A DNA stretch of 64,000 nucleotides from Octopus vulgaris. Taxonomy: Eukaryota. The notes under the pieces were generated by a model. That model saw only the letters and a list, made by a program, of their open reading frames with translations, did not search any database and was not told the DNA's origin. Shown here one piece after another: positions 36,586 to 53,281 of the stretch (its first letter is position 1; every line of letters begins with the position of its first letter). The translations under genes were made by a program, and so were the position numbers. The stretch is from contig OX597831.1 in assembly GCA_951406725.2 (NCBI GenBank), forward strand, positions 69,626,001 to 69,690,000, written 5' to 3'.

Positions 36586-39186
36586 ATGTTTGGAATGACT
36601 GAGGTACGAGATATCATGGTTGAAGATAACTTGGTTTACCTGGATTGAAGGTGGACAGAGACAGCGATATAGAATAATACTGGTTAAAAAGCTAAATATC
36701 TTGGCTTGTCAAGATGAATGATAGGGTGTGTCATTCCTCTGTAAAGACTAAATACTTAATATAATATCTGGTAGTGATATAATCACTTTCCTCAAGCTGT
36801 TGCAATCCATAATGAGACAGGAGCAGAGACCATTCCTTGCTGCTGGAACTCAGTTCATTTGGCACTCTCCTTTATTCACTGGTAGAATTTGGATCTAAAT
36901 CTGATGACCCTTCTCCAAAGGATTTATAGTGTCTGAAAATCTTGTGTTTAATTCTTCTAAATATATGGCCATCAGTCAGCAAGGAAGACGTTAGCATTAA
37001 AACATTAATATAAAAATTAAATTAGTGAAGAGACATTAAAACACAGAAGGCAGCAATGCAATACCACCAGGAGTTATGTTTTAGCATATATAAACCACTT
37101 ATAATATCCTTTGAGCTTAGAAGAGAAGCCATAACAGATTAATGGCTATAGAATTTGCATATTTATTTGCTATTTCTTCTCAACAGCTTTCTTTATTTGA
37201 CTATCATTTCAACTGAATGCAATTACCCAGTGGTTAAGAATAATATGCGCTCAATATGACTAACACTTAGGGATTGCATTATCTAACACCAACCAACAAC
37301 TGGGTATCATCAAGCATTAATTAATTCAGATAGCAAAGCTATTTTTTGACATTTTAGTATTTTGTTATTGTTTAGATTTTTTTTTTAATCATCACTGTTA
37401 CTGAATGTTAATATTTAGAATTCTCATCCTATTTTGTTACTTTAGATAATTATTGTGTAGTATAATGTTGCAAAAGCTTCTTCTTCAGCCATGAGAAATG
37501 ACAATGGCTTTCTGAAGTTTAAATGTGTATGTATGTTATTGTCATTTTCTTTCTTTCTTAATCTAGTTTGTTATAATCATTATATGAGATTCTTATTCTG
37601 AACTTGTCTGATTATAGCGTTTTGTATTAAACACAACAATAAAAAGATAAGAGTTATTTAATAATGAAGATTTCAAAATAGAAAATTCTTCAATATTCAA
37701 TACGTAAAACATTTGCAATGACAACTAAATTATCAACAACAGAAACAACTGCTGAAACAAGCCCATAGATACACAGCATGGCAATATGTACATGCTGTAC
37801 TATTCAGCTCATATGATAAACTATGCACAATTAGAAAACACATTGAAGTTAACCTGCAATTTTGGAGGCCTTATGTGTGTTTAATATTTACTTTGAATAT
37901 TGTTATTGAAACTGTTACTTAGTTTGTCACCTGTTGAATTGTCTTTTAACTGATGAGATTACTACTCATGTATTCTCTAAAGCTTTTCTGTAAAGAAAGG
38001 CTGGTGCTATACATGTAAGGCTTGTGAAAGTTCATACATTGGACCATATATGTCAACAAATGATGCAAAATATCTCATACATTTAGTACATTATATTGTA
38101 CATATAATTATAAAATTATATTGTACTATTGAATACTATAAACATAAACAACGATATTTCCCTCTCTGGCAAGAATGATTAAAAATACAAAACAAATTGA
38201 TATAGCACTTTCCTGATAGAATGTAGTAACCGTATTACCTTCATCTGTTGTTGTTTAGTTCCAGGTCAGCCTTATGATACAGTTGACCAATAATCAAAAT
38301 TACCACGAGGAACTATATTTTGCAATGTATCATTCTCATTTAAGACAATAGTGTGATTTTAGAGAGATTTGACTGTTATTTAGAGCAAACTGGGTGTGTA
38401 GACTCACCTTCACTGACTCAACCATCACCAATTATTTTAAACCGGAAACCCAGAACTAATATTCGTATTCAACCAGTCATAGCTTGTATGGGAAGTTGAA
38501 AGAGGGAGCTAATGTCGTTAAAGGTTTATTCATCCATTTCAAATATTCCTTGTAAGCTTATACTTGTCAGCCTTGCATTGCTAACTGGCTTTTATTACGT
38601 TCCTGTATGTATACTAAAATGGCAATGCTTCCAGTAAATTACATGATCTCACTTTTAGATTAAATATTATAAGCTATTTATGAGATCGGAGGAAGAAATA
38701 TTGCTTTAGAATATCTGCCAAAGTTTTATTAGACTCTCATTTGATAGGGAAATATTCCTTATAGCATGGAATATAATGTGGCAATAGCTTGTTGGGAAAC
38801 TGGTAGCTAAAAACATTCCAAACAAATATTTTAAAGAATTACTATTGATAAATCTCTCGACATTGTGTGATGCTATCAGCATTATATGCATGGAGTTGTG
38901 AAATGAGTTACTATTCCTATGGATAAATACTAGAGTGTAAACCTTATATTTACTGATATTTCTGTTTTTGTTTTGTTTAGAGGGAACAACATGAATATTT
39001 CAGTTTTACTTTGTTAAGAGATGTTATGTAAATATACATGGAATTGAACTCACAAAACTCTGTTTCATAGAGGGTGCCATCAAGGTATATTCATTTTATG
39101 TTATGTTCACTTTTCTGGTCATGATAGAGTCACTTGAAGCTGAGCCAAACAGCCATTGCGTATCAGTCCAACAGATTCAGGATTAA

Positions 39187-39404
39187 CCCTTTCGTTACCA
39201 ACCCGGCTGAAACCGGTTCTGGCTCTGAGTACAAATGTCTTGTTTTCTAAGTTTTGAATTAAAATCTTCTACCAAACCTTAGTCACATTTATGCTCCTAA
39301 CACTAACTGAATGATAACGAAGTTATTTTGCTAAATTCTTTATTATATTTAAAGTAATTGAAAGAAACAAAGAACAGCTCAAAATAAATACAGCAATGAA
39401 AGGG
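39187..39404. mobile_element. piggyBac-type MITE with TTAA target duplication
   Basis: TTAA|ccctttcgttac ... gcaatgaaaggg|TTAA. Confidence 0.88.
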
Positions 39405-40216
39405 TTAAACAATATTCCCAATCCTATTCCATCAGAACTACATTTTCATGGCACTTGTATTCTACTAATACTGCCTAGCAGAAGTTGAATCTTGATGCTT
39501 CGTCAAGACTATAACCTTACAAGACTATGGACAGTGTTGATTCTTCAATAGAATTGATTATAAAATAATGAACTAAACTGTGGAGAAGACACTTTTCTCT
39601 CATAGTAAAATTAATGTAATAATATTTTAATACTTTGAAGCACAGATACAGTTGTATGGCAGAAAAGCTCATTTCATAACCACATAGTTTTGAGTTTCAT
39701 CCAACAATGTAGCACCGTAAGTGAGTGTCTGTTAACACTAACCCAGGTTGAATAATGTCTTACAAGTGAAATTGATAGATGAAAACTCTACAGAAGACCA
39801 TTTTGTGTAAAAATATGTATATATAAATATACATGCATGCATATTTAATATGATAAATGTGAAAACTAATTTCTGTGTGTCAGTGTGTCACACTTAGACC
39901 CCCTCTCTCGCTATTCAATGACACTCCTACTATTCCTCATCATCGGATGAGAGTAATAGTAGGCACAGGTGGCGAAGACAGAAAGAGAGAGAGGGAGAGA
40001 AAGAGAGACAAAGAAATTTAGGGAGAGTTGATGATGTTTTATTAAAAGTAGTAGTGTTGATGGTGGCAGTAGGAGTAATAATAAAAGAGAGAGAAAGAGT
40101 GGGTGTGTGAGAGAAAGAGGGAGATGATGTACAGCTTTGTTTAATCATGTATCTGACATAATTCCTGTCGCCAACATACTGAGCACTATCATTTTTGTTT
40201 TATTGTTTGCTTTCTT

Positions 40217-40273
<57 letters not shown>

Positions 40274-40374
40274 AAATACACTTTAACTGAAATAAAGTTT
40301 CCCCAAAATTAAACATATCTAATATAATAAATGTGAATGTTAGTGAGTCACACTTTTTCAACATTAATAAATCC

Positions 40375-40590
40375 ATTCTACTGGATGCACAAGGCTTCAA
40401 ATTTTGGAGGAAGGGATTTTAAGTCAATTACATTAACCCCAGTACATAACGGGTACTAATTTTATTGATCCCGAAAGAATGAAAGTTAAAGTCAACTTTG
40501 GTGGAATTCAGACTCAAAATCTAACAGCAGATGAAACACCGCTAAGTATTTTGCCTGGCACACAAATGATTCTGCCTGCTCACTGCCTTA
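40375..40590 (-). mobile_element. SINE family B (old), nested in the Helitron
   Basis: gcacaaggcttcaaattttggagg...gaaagaatgaaagttaaagtcaac...ctgcctgctcactgcc. Confidence 0.8.
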
Positions 40591-40669
40591 ATATCATATA
40601 ATAAATGTGACCATCAGTGTATCTCACTTTTTAAACTTTACTCCTAGGGGCTGTTGGCCAACATATCAT

Positions 40670-40904
40670 ACCTATTTCTTTACTACCCACAAGGGGCTAA
40701 ACACAGAGAGGACAAACAAGGACAGACAAATGGATTAAGTCGATTATATCGAGCCCAGTGTGTAACTGGTACTTATTTAATCGACCCCGAAAGGATGAAA
40801 GGCAAAGTTGACCTCGGTGGAATTTGAACTCAGAACGTAGTGGCAGACAAAATACGGCTACGCATTTCACCCGGCGTGCTAATGTTTCTGCCAGCTCGCC
40901 ACCT
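40670..40904 (-). mobile_element. SINE family A (young), nested in the Helitron
   Basis: Full length; ccaacatat on both flanks. Confidence 0.93.
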
Positions 40905-41389
40905 TATATGCCCAACATATACCATTTTGGAATCAGGCTGACTCCATGAGTAAATTAAAAATATTCTGGGTCAAATCCAGAACCACAATTCTGAAATTTT
41001 GGATTTCCAAGTTTTCATTACTGTGATTGTTTCCAGTGATTTTTTTTACGTGACTTTTTGCAATAAATATTTTTGTATGATAGCAATTTTTATAATCTAA
41101 AGGCTAACTCCATGAGTAAATTAAAAACATTCTGGATCAAATCTGGACTTGCAATCCTGAAATTTTGGATTCCTATGTTTTCATTACTGTGATTGTTTGT
41201 GGCAATTTTTTTTACATGATGCTTTGCAATGGGTATGGTCATCATTGGGATATGACTCTGGAGGAAGCAATTGCAAAAAATTCTCCAAAGCAAGTCAGAG
41301 ATCTGTTTATAGATCTTCCCAATCAGGGTCAGTTGCTTAAAAGCTATATACTACCTTATAAGCCACCTAGTAGGGTGGCTTTTAGGCTA

Positions 41390-41436
<47 letters not shown>

Positions 41437-41439
<3 letters not shown>

Positions 41440-41798
41440 TTTTATTTGTTTCAGGACTTATTCATTGTAAGCCTAGTACTTATTCTATCAGTCACTTTTA
41501 TTGAGCTGCTTAGTTATGGGGATGTAAACACACCAACATCGGATGGTGGGGGACAACCACAGACACACAAATATATACATACACACACACATATACCCCT
41601 CCCCCCATATATATATATATATATATACACATGATGGGCTTCTTTCAGTTTCCGTCTACCATATCCACTCACAAGGCTTTGGTTGGCCTGAGGCCATAGT
41701 AGAAGACACTTGCTTAAGGTGCCATGCAGTGGGACTGAACCCGGAACCATGTGGTTGGGAAGTAAGTTTCTTACTACACAGCCAACCACACCTGCACT
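41437..41798 (-). mobile_element. SINE family C with internal deletion
   Basis: Reverse complement of family C lacking part of the 3' module. Confidence 0.85.
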
Positions 41799-42017
41799 TA
41801 GATAGCTTCTTGCTACACATTAAAGCTGCAAAACTGTTACTCAGAGTTCCACATTCCTGTTCGTTGGACAGTTGTGATGAAAACAAACAATTGTCCGACG
41901 AATGGGAACGTGAAACTCTCAGCAACAGTTCTGGGATAATTTTACAGCTTTAATAAATGGTATATTACTCTACCTTTGATGTTCAGGTACTATTTTTTCT
42001 GTATATGTATGTCTGTG

Positions 42018-42064
<47 letters not shown>

Positions 42065-42112
42065 ACATATATATATGTGTGTGTGTGTGTGTATATATAT
42101 ATATAAGCACTC

Positions 42113-42277
42113 ATTACACACTCAGAGTGGTTGGCACTAGGAAGGGCATCCATCCATAGAAAACCATAGCAAATCAGACTGGAGTCTGGTGCAGCCTTCC
42201 AGCTTACCAGCCTAGTCAAACCATTCAATTCATGCCAGCATGGACGACAGACATTAAATGGTAATGATGATGATGAT
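42113..42277 (+). mobile_element. Family D repeat, 3' end
   Basis: gagtggttggcactaggaagggcatcca...catgccagcatggacgacagacattaaatgg..tgatgatgat. Confidence 0.8.
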
Positions 42278-42626
42278 ACACACACACACACATATATATA
42301 TATTTATATATACATGCATATATAAATTAAGAAATGGAGTCAAATGTAGGTGTTCTTCAAATCATTTATATTTCCAGCATAGAGGCAGAATTAATGTCAA
42401 CATATGTTGGAAGTATAAATGGTTTGAAGAACACTTGCATTTAACTATTTCTTAATTTATCCATGTCATACAAAAACATTTCACTTAACCTTGGAATTTC
42501 TACCTTTATAAGTAGTCTATAATATCTTTGGCACTTACGTGAATTTTTGCTACCTTGGTAGCTATTTATTTATTTTTTCCTTGTTTTTCATACACATTGA
42601 AAAATATACATACATATATACATATA

Positions 42627-42672
<46 letters not shown>

Positions 42673-43915
42673 TTGATATAATACATGTAAATACACGTAT
42701 ATATATATATATATATGTGTGTGTGTATTTATACACACACACACATGCACAGACATGCACACTCATGTATGTATACTTGGCTATATGTTTGAGTGCATGT
42801 GAATTTGTTTATTTGTATGTGTCTGTTATTGATTCTATTGATACTAAATGTGGGACGGTGATGTTGTTTCTTTTCCTGTGTCTTGGTAGTTTCATCAGAT
42901 TTTAATGAGGGAATGTAAGTGGAATAAAAATCCTTTCCTTGAAAATCAAGTAAGTGTGAGCAAGTGTAAGGGATATTAACTGTTGAATATTGCTTCAGTA
43001 AGTTTTAAACAAGCCAAGTATGTTTAGAAAAAGTAAATATTAAAACGTTTAGGAAAATGGTATACAAGGAAGCATAGCTGGAAGGCTGTAAAGGTAAACT
43101 CCATCAACATGAATGCCTTATTCTTAGAAAAGAGAAAAGCCTAGTGCTCATGGGAATAAACTTACTGACCATTTCTTCTCTGCTTCTACAGAAATAAATA
43201 ACATTATAAATAGCATTACAATCTCCTGAATGAATTGCGCATATTCAGAGAAATAAGATTCTAATTTTGCCTTTTGAATTTTGATCTTTGCTGAAGCTAA
43301 GAAATATGAACCATTTCTAATCAAAAGTTGAAGTTATTTTACATTTGGGATTGAATTTAATTAATTGGTAAAGGAATTGAATATAAATAATTTTCTTTTA
43401 TATATATATATATATATATATATGTATCTTTTTATGCTTGTCATATGAAACATGAATTCCATTTCAGCAATGATATTAAATTTGGATATACAATTATGAA
43501 GAAAATATTCATACATATTAATTCTTTTGTATACTCAAGTCTCAATTTCAACAAAATCAGAAGGAAAAAGGCACAAATTTACATGGAACTATTGAACTGG
43601 GAATATGAATGATGATAATGAAACATTTATATAAGATGTAAATGGAGGTATTTTTATGTAGTTAATTTAAATTTAAAAAAAAAGAAATTCAAGATTGTAC
43701 AATTTATTTATCAGAAGGACAAATTCTAATTTGAAATGTAAATAAATAGGATTATTTCTTCATTTATTTTAAAGCATAAACATTTATAGGCTTATAAAGA
43801 ATGGAAAAGGAATATCTGTTTCATTGATTAAGTGGTTTGGGAAATGTTTTTCAAACTTTTGAAACAAATGATTTCAAACTAAATTACATTTTCATGTGAC
43901 TTCTTATAACTTGCT

Positions 43916-43918
<3 letters not shown>

Positions 43919-43947
<29 letters not shown>

Positions 43948-43995
43948 TGTATGTATGTATGTATGTATGTATGTATGTATGTATGTATGTATGTA

Positions 43996-44062
<67 letters not shown>
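43919..44062. repeat. (TATG)n-(TG)n-(TATG)n compound microsatellite
   Basis: Direct inspection. Confidence 0.95.
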
Positions 44063-44068
<6 letters not shown>

Positions 44069-44929
44069 ATATTTGTACATACATACATATATATATATGT
44101 AGATGCATATATGTATGCATGTGCATTTGTATGTACATATGTATGTATAACAACAAAAATAAGAATGGAGAAATTACATCTCTTTAATTGGGGATTACAC
44201 CATAAATTACCAACAATCATTATGAATCCTTTTTACTTCTTATACATACTCTCTCTCTCACACACACACACACATACACATTTAGAAAGAGATAGATAGA
44301 TATAGATAGATAGATATATAGATATGTAGGTATAGTCATGTGCTTACATATACACTTATATATACTCATCTGTTTGTTCATTGTGCATCCATTTACTCCA
44401 ACTTAGCATAAGTTATATGAATACAAAATACTGAAGCATTGTTTAATAGGGGGAGGCCTTTCCTGTCACTCCATGGATTTTAAACTATGTTAAATCACTT
44501 CCAATGTCCTTTATTTTGAAGTTCATGAATTCATCTGACAAAAACGGTTTCTTTACAATGACCCGATGTTTTCATTAATAAATTAAAGGAATCATTAGAA
44601 ACAGGCATAATTGATTGGCACCTGTACTTCTACTGTTACTCATTTGTATATTTTATTCATCTGTCTCAGATTCTGCCCTTCATAAATATTATGGACTGTA
44701 TATTTAGTATAATGTACTTGTCAGAATAGTAGTTCATGAACGGATTTCTTTACTCAACTGGTTCTAATTGTCTACATACACTGCAAAAATATTATTTGGC
44801 TGGTAATTATGTACCAATTTTAATGTATACATAATAATGTGTGTATATATTATTCCGACCTAATGAGGTGCCTCAATTTAAGTACCTAATTCAACTGACT
44901 CTTACTTTGTTTAAATATATATATATCTC

Positions 44930-45075
44930 ACGGGCATGGCTGTGTGGTTAAGGAGCTTGCTTCCTAGCCACATGGTTTCGGATTCAGTTCCACTGCGTGG
45001 CACTTTGGGCAAGTGTCTTCTGCTATAGCCCCGAGTCGACCAAAGCTTTGTGATTGAATTCGGTAGGTAGAAGTT
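44930..45075 (+). mobile_element. SINE family C, 5' half
   Basis: gggcatggctgtgtggttaaggagcttgcttcc...ttcagttccactgcgtggcactttgggcaagtgtc. Confidence 0.85.
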
Positions 45076-45136
45076 ACTGCTGTGTGTGTATATATGCGTG
45101 TAGGTGTTCAGTGCCCCTCCGAAAGAAAGAGAGGGG

Positions 45137-47964
<2,828 letters not shown>

Positions 47965-47967
<3 letters not shown>

Positions 47968-48222
47968 CAAAAGGCATAAATAATGGGCTTTACATATTTC
48001 TTTATTTGTGCTTTTTTGACTTACCGTTGTTTCTGAAAAGCATGGTAAGTGCGTTCATGGTTCAGATTATTTAATTGATTCAAAAATTGAACAACCTTGA
48101 AGTAAAGGTTATTATGAATTCGATGCGAAGACTTCAACAGAATCATATTCTTTAGAAACCGCTGTAAATCAAACATGCACAAAGAAATGTGTTAAGCCCA
48201 TTATTTATGCCTTTTCTTGTAT
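47965..48222. mobile_element. Foldback element with decayed hammerhead-like halves, abutting (TA)n
   Basis: acaaaaggcataaataatgggctt..atttcttt / aaagaaat..aagcccattatttatgccttttcttgt; inner GAAA-ccgctg-TA-aatcaa on + and GAAA-caacgg-TA-agtcaa on -. Confidence 0.65.
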
Positions 48223-49157
48223 ATTACCCTGTGAAAAAGATGAGCTTAACAAAAAATGCAACCCTTGATTTCCAAAATGAACTGGTGATACACTTCAACC
48301 TTGGACATTGCCTTAGGATTAAATGGAGTTCTTTATTAATATGAAGACTTTTTGTTAGCCTGATGCATTTGTATCAACAGAACTAGTGAAGTATTTAACC
48401 CAGACTGGCAATTCCTTGTAGTTAACGCTTTGCTTGGATATAATATATATATATCATTCAACTATGGCAGTAGTTGAATAATATTCTTAAGGCCGCAGTT
48501 TACTCACATGCAGCACATTTCAGAGTCTGTCGCTAATTCGGTTCTTAACCAAATTAAAAACTGTTAGCATTTTTGAAGAAGACTTGTCTCTAGCTACATT
48601 TTGATATAAAAACATTAAGATTTGATTCTGTAGAAAAAAGTTTGCATCAAAATTTGTAGCAACGTTATAGGAGAGTAAGTAAGTTCAGATCTAAATAATT
48701 TTTTTTATTTTAAAAGCAAAATATATTTATCTTAGCGTCAACAATAGAAGAAAGCATGAAGAATTTCATAGTTTTGTTCCCATGTAACAAAAATTTGTAT
48801 CAAAAACGTTTTGAGGTAAAATATCATGAAAAAAAGTATAAGTAAGGCAAAAAATTGGATTTAAGTATAATTAACTTTTTTATTTTCAAAACAAACTATA
48901 AGGGGACTTTTAATATATGTCACTGGCGTCATTGAGGTAAAGGATCAATTATCAATGGCACCAATAATTTATGTATTTGACATATTATTAATAAGCATAA
49001 TAGCATAGCCTAGAAAAAAACATGGATTACATAGAAAAATGCAAGCAAGAGAAATAATATTCTTAAGATTATAAACCTGGAAAATTACAGGACAAGTTAT
49101 TACACTTGGAAAAGTTCAGGACAGCTTATTACATCTAGTAAAGTACAAAAGAAGAAC

Positions 49158-50036
49158 ATTTGTGCTTAAAATATTGCAGCTAAGGATGAAATTTGAATAT
49201 TAAAAATTACTTGATTTTAATTTACAAAGTAACATTATAATTCAAAAAGGTACCATCATTTTGTTAAAATACTGACACACTAGAATACTTAAAAAATGGC
49301 AGCCAGAAGTACCAATATATTTATGCAAATTAGAATAGTATATGTGGTAGGCAAATTCATTATGTAAAAAATAGGTATTGGGTCAAGACTAAAAATGTGA
49401 AGACTTGGCAATAACTTAGGCAATAACTCAAGCAAATTTTACTGTGAATTTGTGGTTATAGGTAGATTTTACTGTAATATGTAACTAATTTTTTTATTAC
49501 TTTATTCATTGTACTAACTAATTATGTACTACTATTATTTTGTAGCATACACTTGAGGTAAATTCCTCTCTCTCTCTCTCTCTCTCTGTTATATATACAC
49601 AAATACGGATGTAGTAGATAACAGCTAGCCTTCGGCTGCCCTCTTGGACCATATTGTGTCCACTACTCTGATTGGTTGCATATTGGTGCACAATAGAGCA
49701 AGAGACAAGTTGCACCAATACCAACCAATCAGAGTAGTGGACACAATAGGGTCCAAAAGGGCAGCCAAAGGCTAGCTGTTACCTAGCGTATGCTACAATT
49801 TTTTCAAATTACTATTTTCAAATTTCTAATTATTAATTAATAATAAAAACAATGAATTTTTTTAAAGTGCAAAAATATTTTGAGTTATTTTTTATTTTCA
49901 ATAGAAGTAACAAGTAATAACAAATAGAAGAAATAATTAGTAATAAAATTATTAGTTTTAATAAAATCTAACATTTTCTAAATATAAGTATTTTATTTGA
50001 GATTTTATCCTTAGCTGCAATATTTTAAGTGTAAAT
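49158..50036. mobile_element. Foldback/MITE-like element with nested inverted repeats
   Basis: Outer IR cttaaaatattgcagctaaggat (from 49165) / atccttagctgcaatattttaag (to 50029); middle IR ttgtagcatac/gtatgctacaa; inner ~75-bp IR at 49615-49785. Confidence 0.7.
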
Positions 50037-50039
50037 TTT

Positions 50040-50445
50040 CATATCCTGAGTTCATATTACGTCATGGTCGACTTTGCCTTTCATACTTTCAGGGTCCATA
50101 AATTAAGTACCAGCAAAGCACAAATTAATTAGTCCTCTTCCCCAAAATTTGAGGCCTTGTGCCTTTAGAAGAAATTATTATTATTATTATTATTAAAGTG
50201 GTGAGCTGGCAGAATCATAAGCACAACAGGCAAATTGCTTTGTAGCATTTCATCTGACTTTATGTTCTGAGTTCAAATTCCACTGAGGTTGACTTTACCT
50301 TTAATCCTTTCAGGGTTAATAAGATAAGTACCAGTTAGGTACTGGTGGGGGTGGGGTGGGGGTGGGGTCGATGTAATCAACTAGCACCCTCCCACTAAAA
50401 TATCAGCCCTTGTGCCTATAGAAGAAAGGATTAATATTATTATTA
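50040..50445 (+). mobile_element. Two tandem family B SINEs separated by (ATT)n
   Basis: First copy ~50040-50190; second starts aaagtggtgagctggcagaatc directly after the (ATT)n tail of the first. Confidence 0.8.
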
Positions 50446-50690
50446 ATAATAATGATAATATTCCTATTTCTGTCATCATTTGTAATACTGATGGTAAAAG
50501 CAGCATCCACATTGAAATGCAGAATGTGGGAGAATTATGTTGACTTGATGTATTGTAAAAGTCACGAAATAATGACATCAACTGTAGAGATTCTGAAATG
50601 CTGTTATGTTTCATAGTTCTAGATCTCATTGAAAGAAGACAAAGAGTTGATAAACTTAGTCTTTACAGACAGAAGTCATTGCATCATATA

Positions 50691-50703
50691 ACTGCTGCTG
50701 CTG

Positions 50704-50736
<33 letters not shown>

Positions 50737-50925
50737 TTGCTGCTGCTGCTGCTACAACTACTACTACTACTACTACTGCTACTACTACTGCTACTACTAC
50801 TACTGCTACTGCTACTACTACTACTACTACTGCTGCTACTACTACTACTGCTAATACTACTACTACTACTGCTACTACTATTACTACTACTGCTGCTGCT
50901 GCTGCTACTAATACTACTACTACTG

Positions 50926-50965
<40 letters not shown>

Positions 50966-50970
50966 ACCAC
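50691..50970. repeat. (CTA)n/(CTG)n trinucleotide repeat
   Basis: Direct inspection; gives the poly-T/A and poly-L pseudo-ORFs. Confidence 0.95.
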
Positions 50971-51884
50971 TATGATCTCTCTTACCACTGACACTACAGT
51001 TGCCTCTCCACCATTGCTACTGCTAACATTAACCACACATTAACACTACCAGAAGTTGCTACCACCAGAAGCAACTGCACTACCACCACTGCAACTTTCC
51101 CACTTACAGTTCTTGCTTTACCTTCCACTGCTACCAACACCATTACTACCAGCATCATCATTAGCCACTAGCTCCCTCACCCCACTACTACTGCTCTACC
51201 TCTTACCATCATTAGCATCACACTTCCACTATCAACCCTGCTAGTATTACCATGACTACCACCTCTTGTTTTGCTGAGTTGAATTACATGTATATTCAAT
51301 ATAGATATTGAAAATTAATTCCTCAAAATAGCTATGGCTGCGATTCTGTTTACTGTTTATTGCGTATTCTTAGATAGACTCTGCTGGTAAATACTTATGC
51401 ATGGAGTTAATTCATTAAACAAATATTTTATTTGTGTTTCTACTCATAGACATGTCTTTATTTTTGAGTAAATTAACTTTGAATTTAAGACTTAGGTTAC
51501 AAGATGTATATTTTAAAGAGAGATATTTTAAAGAGAGTGAAGTTTCTTAATGAAAAGCATCAAAGATTGCATGAAAGTATAAACTTTTTATTGATTGAGT
51601 GGTATGAAAACTCTATATGCATGCGAAGTGGGGTTTTTTTTGTGAAGTTAGGTCCAGTATAGTTTCCTGTATTAGATCAATTGTCCAAACAATCAGTTTT
51701 ATCTGAACAAAATATCCATCTCATTTGGATAAACGAGATCTAACTGTATATGTTTGACACAGGAAAAATATTTCCCAGCCTTGCAAGGTTAATTTATTGA
51801 CCTAAGTTTTAGGATTAAGGTATGACAAGCCCTCTTGTTATTTATTTCAGTGACTTAAGAGAAAAGATCAGGTAGTGTTTTTGT

Positions 51885-52080
51885 CCAACCACCATCACCT
51901 GACAATTTGTGCTTGTTTGTTTATGTCACCATAACTTCGCAGTTGGGTAAAATAAAAAAAGACCAACAGAATAAGTACCAGGCTTAAAAATAAAATAGGT
52001 ACCGGAATTGATATATTTCACTAAACCCTTCAAGGCAGTGCTCCAGCATGACCACAGTCTAATGACTGAAACAAGTAAAA
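51885..52080 (+). mobile_element. SINE family C, 3' half (old)
   Basis: gaccaacagaataagtaccaggctt...aaggcagtgctccagcatgaccacagtctaatgactgaaacaagtaaaa. Confidence 0.8.
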
Positions 52081-52215
52081 TATCAACACTTTATACTAAA
52101 TCCTAAACAAACTCGAATATAATTTCAAAGATATTATCAAAATTATGTGTATTTCCATGCAAGTAGTAAAGGTGGCAACTGCAACTGGTCCTGACTCGTG
52201 TATGTATATATATAT

Positions 52216-52599
52216 ACTTTTTACTCTTTTACTTGTTTCAGTCATTTGACTGTGGCCATGCTGGAGCACCACCTTTAGTTGAGCAAATCAACCCCGGGAC
52301 TTATTCTTTGTAAGCCCAGTACTTATTCTATCGGTCTCTTTTTGCCGAACCGCTAAGTGACGGGGACGTAAACACACCAGCATCGGTTGTCAAACAATGC
52401 TAGGGGGACAAACACAGATACTTATATATACATATATACAACAGGTTTCTTTCAGTTTCCGTCTACCAAATCCACTCACAAGGCATTGGTTGGCCCGGGG
52501 CTATAGCAGAAGACACTTGCCCAAGATGCCACGCAGTGGGACTGAACCTGGAACCATGTGGTTGGTTAGCAAGCTACTTACCACACAGCCACTCCTGTG

Positions 52600-52601
<2 letters not shown>
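52216..52601 (-). mobile_element. SINE family C (young)
   Basis: Reverse complement of family C. Confidence 0.94.
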
Positions 52602-52685
<84 letters not shown>

Positions 52686-53281
52686 AATGTGTTGTATTTA
52701 ATTTGGCCGAATTTTATCAATGAGTCATTGAAAAATGGTTAGTAAAAGCACTGATTTAGAAAATCTCATCAGAATGGTTTAATGATGTCAGCTAATGGCC
52801 AAAAATAGACAAGAGAGCAAGAGTGCAAGGAAAATATGACAGACTGCAAATGTGTTCAAAGTGATGAAATGATCTGAGGTATCAGTATTGATGCCAGCAT
52901 AGAATTGTTTAAACTGTATAAGAGTGGAAAAATAAATCAAGTATAAGCATATTGATGATGTAGAATGTATTGAAGCTGATCAAATAATTTACCATGCAAT
53001 TAGAAGTTTCCATTTCTCAAAATTCTTACATCATTTAACATCACTGTGACAGTGACTGGAGTACATCATTACTGAGTTCTGAATGAACGAACCCAGTTTT
53101 GATGCTTAGTTTAATCTAGTTTTAATTATTTTGGAAATGTAAGTGCCTTTATAACTAATCTCTCATTATTCCAGAAACCCAAAGCTTTATATTCATTTAC
53201 AAAATTCTTATATTTGATATTTTTCTCAAGCTGACAAAAGAAATTGGGAAAAGTGTGGAATATGTGAATGATATTCCTTAA

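Larger units (their letters stand above)
40318..41390 (+). mobile_element. Non-autonomous Helitron with nested SINEs
   Basis: A|TCtaatataataaatg 5' end; 3' hairpin agccacc-tagtag-ggtggct then CTAG|T; remnant HWDMTLEEAIAKNSPKQVRDLF at ~41243-41308 resembles Helitron RepHel. Confidence 0.72.

Noticed and set aside
38981-39084. Plus-strand exon candidate (strong acceptor, AAG|gtatat donor)
   Set aside because: All three frames contain stops and the donor is weak; a non-coding exon cannot be supported without RNA data.
50598-50991. Mucin-like Thr/Ala-rich and poly-Leu ORFs
   Set aside because: Pure (CTA/CTG)n repeat with no supported exon structure.
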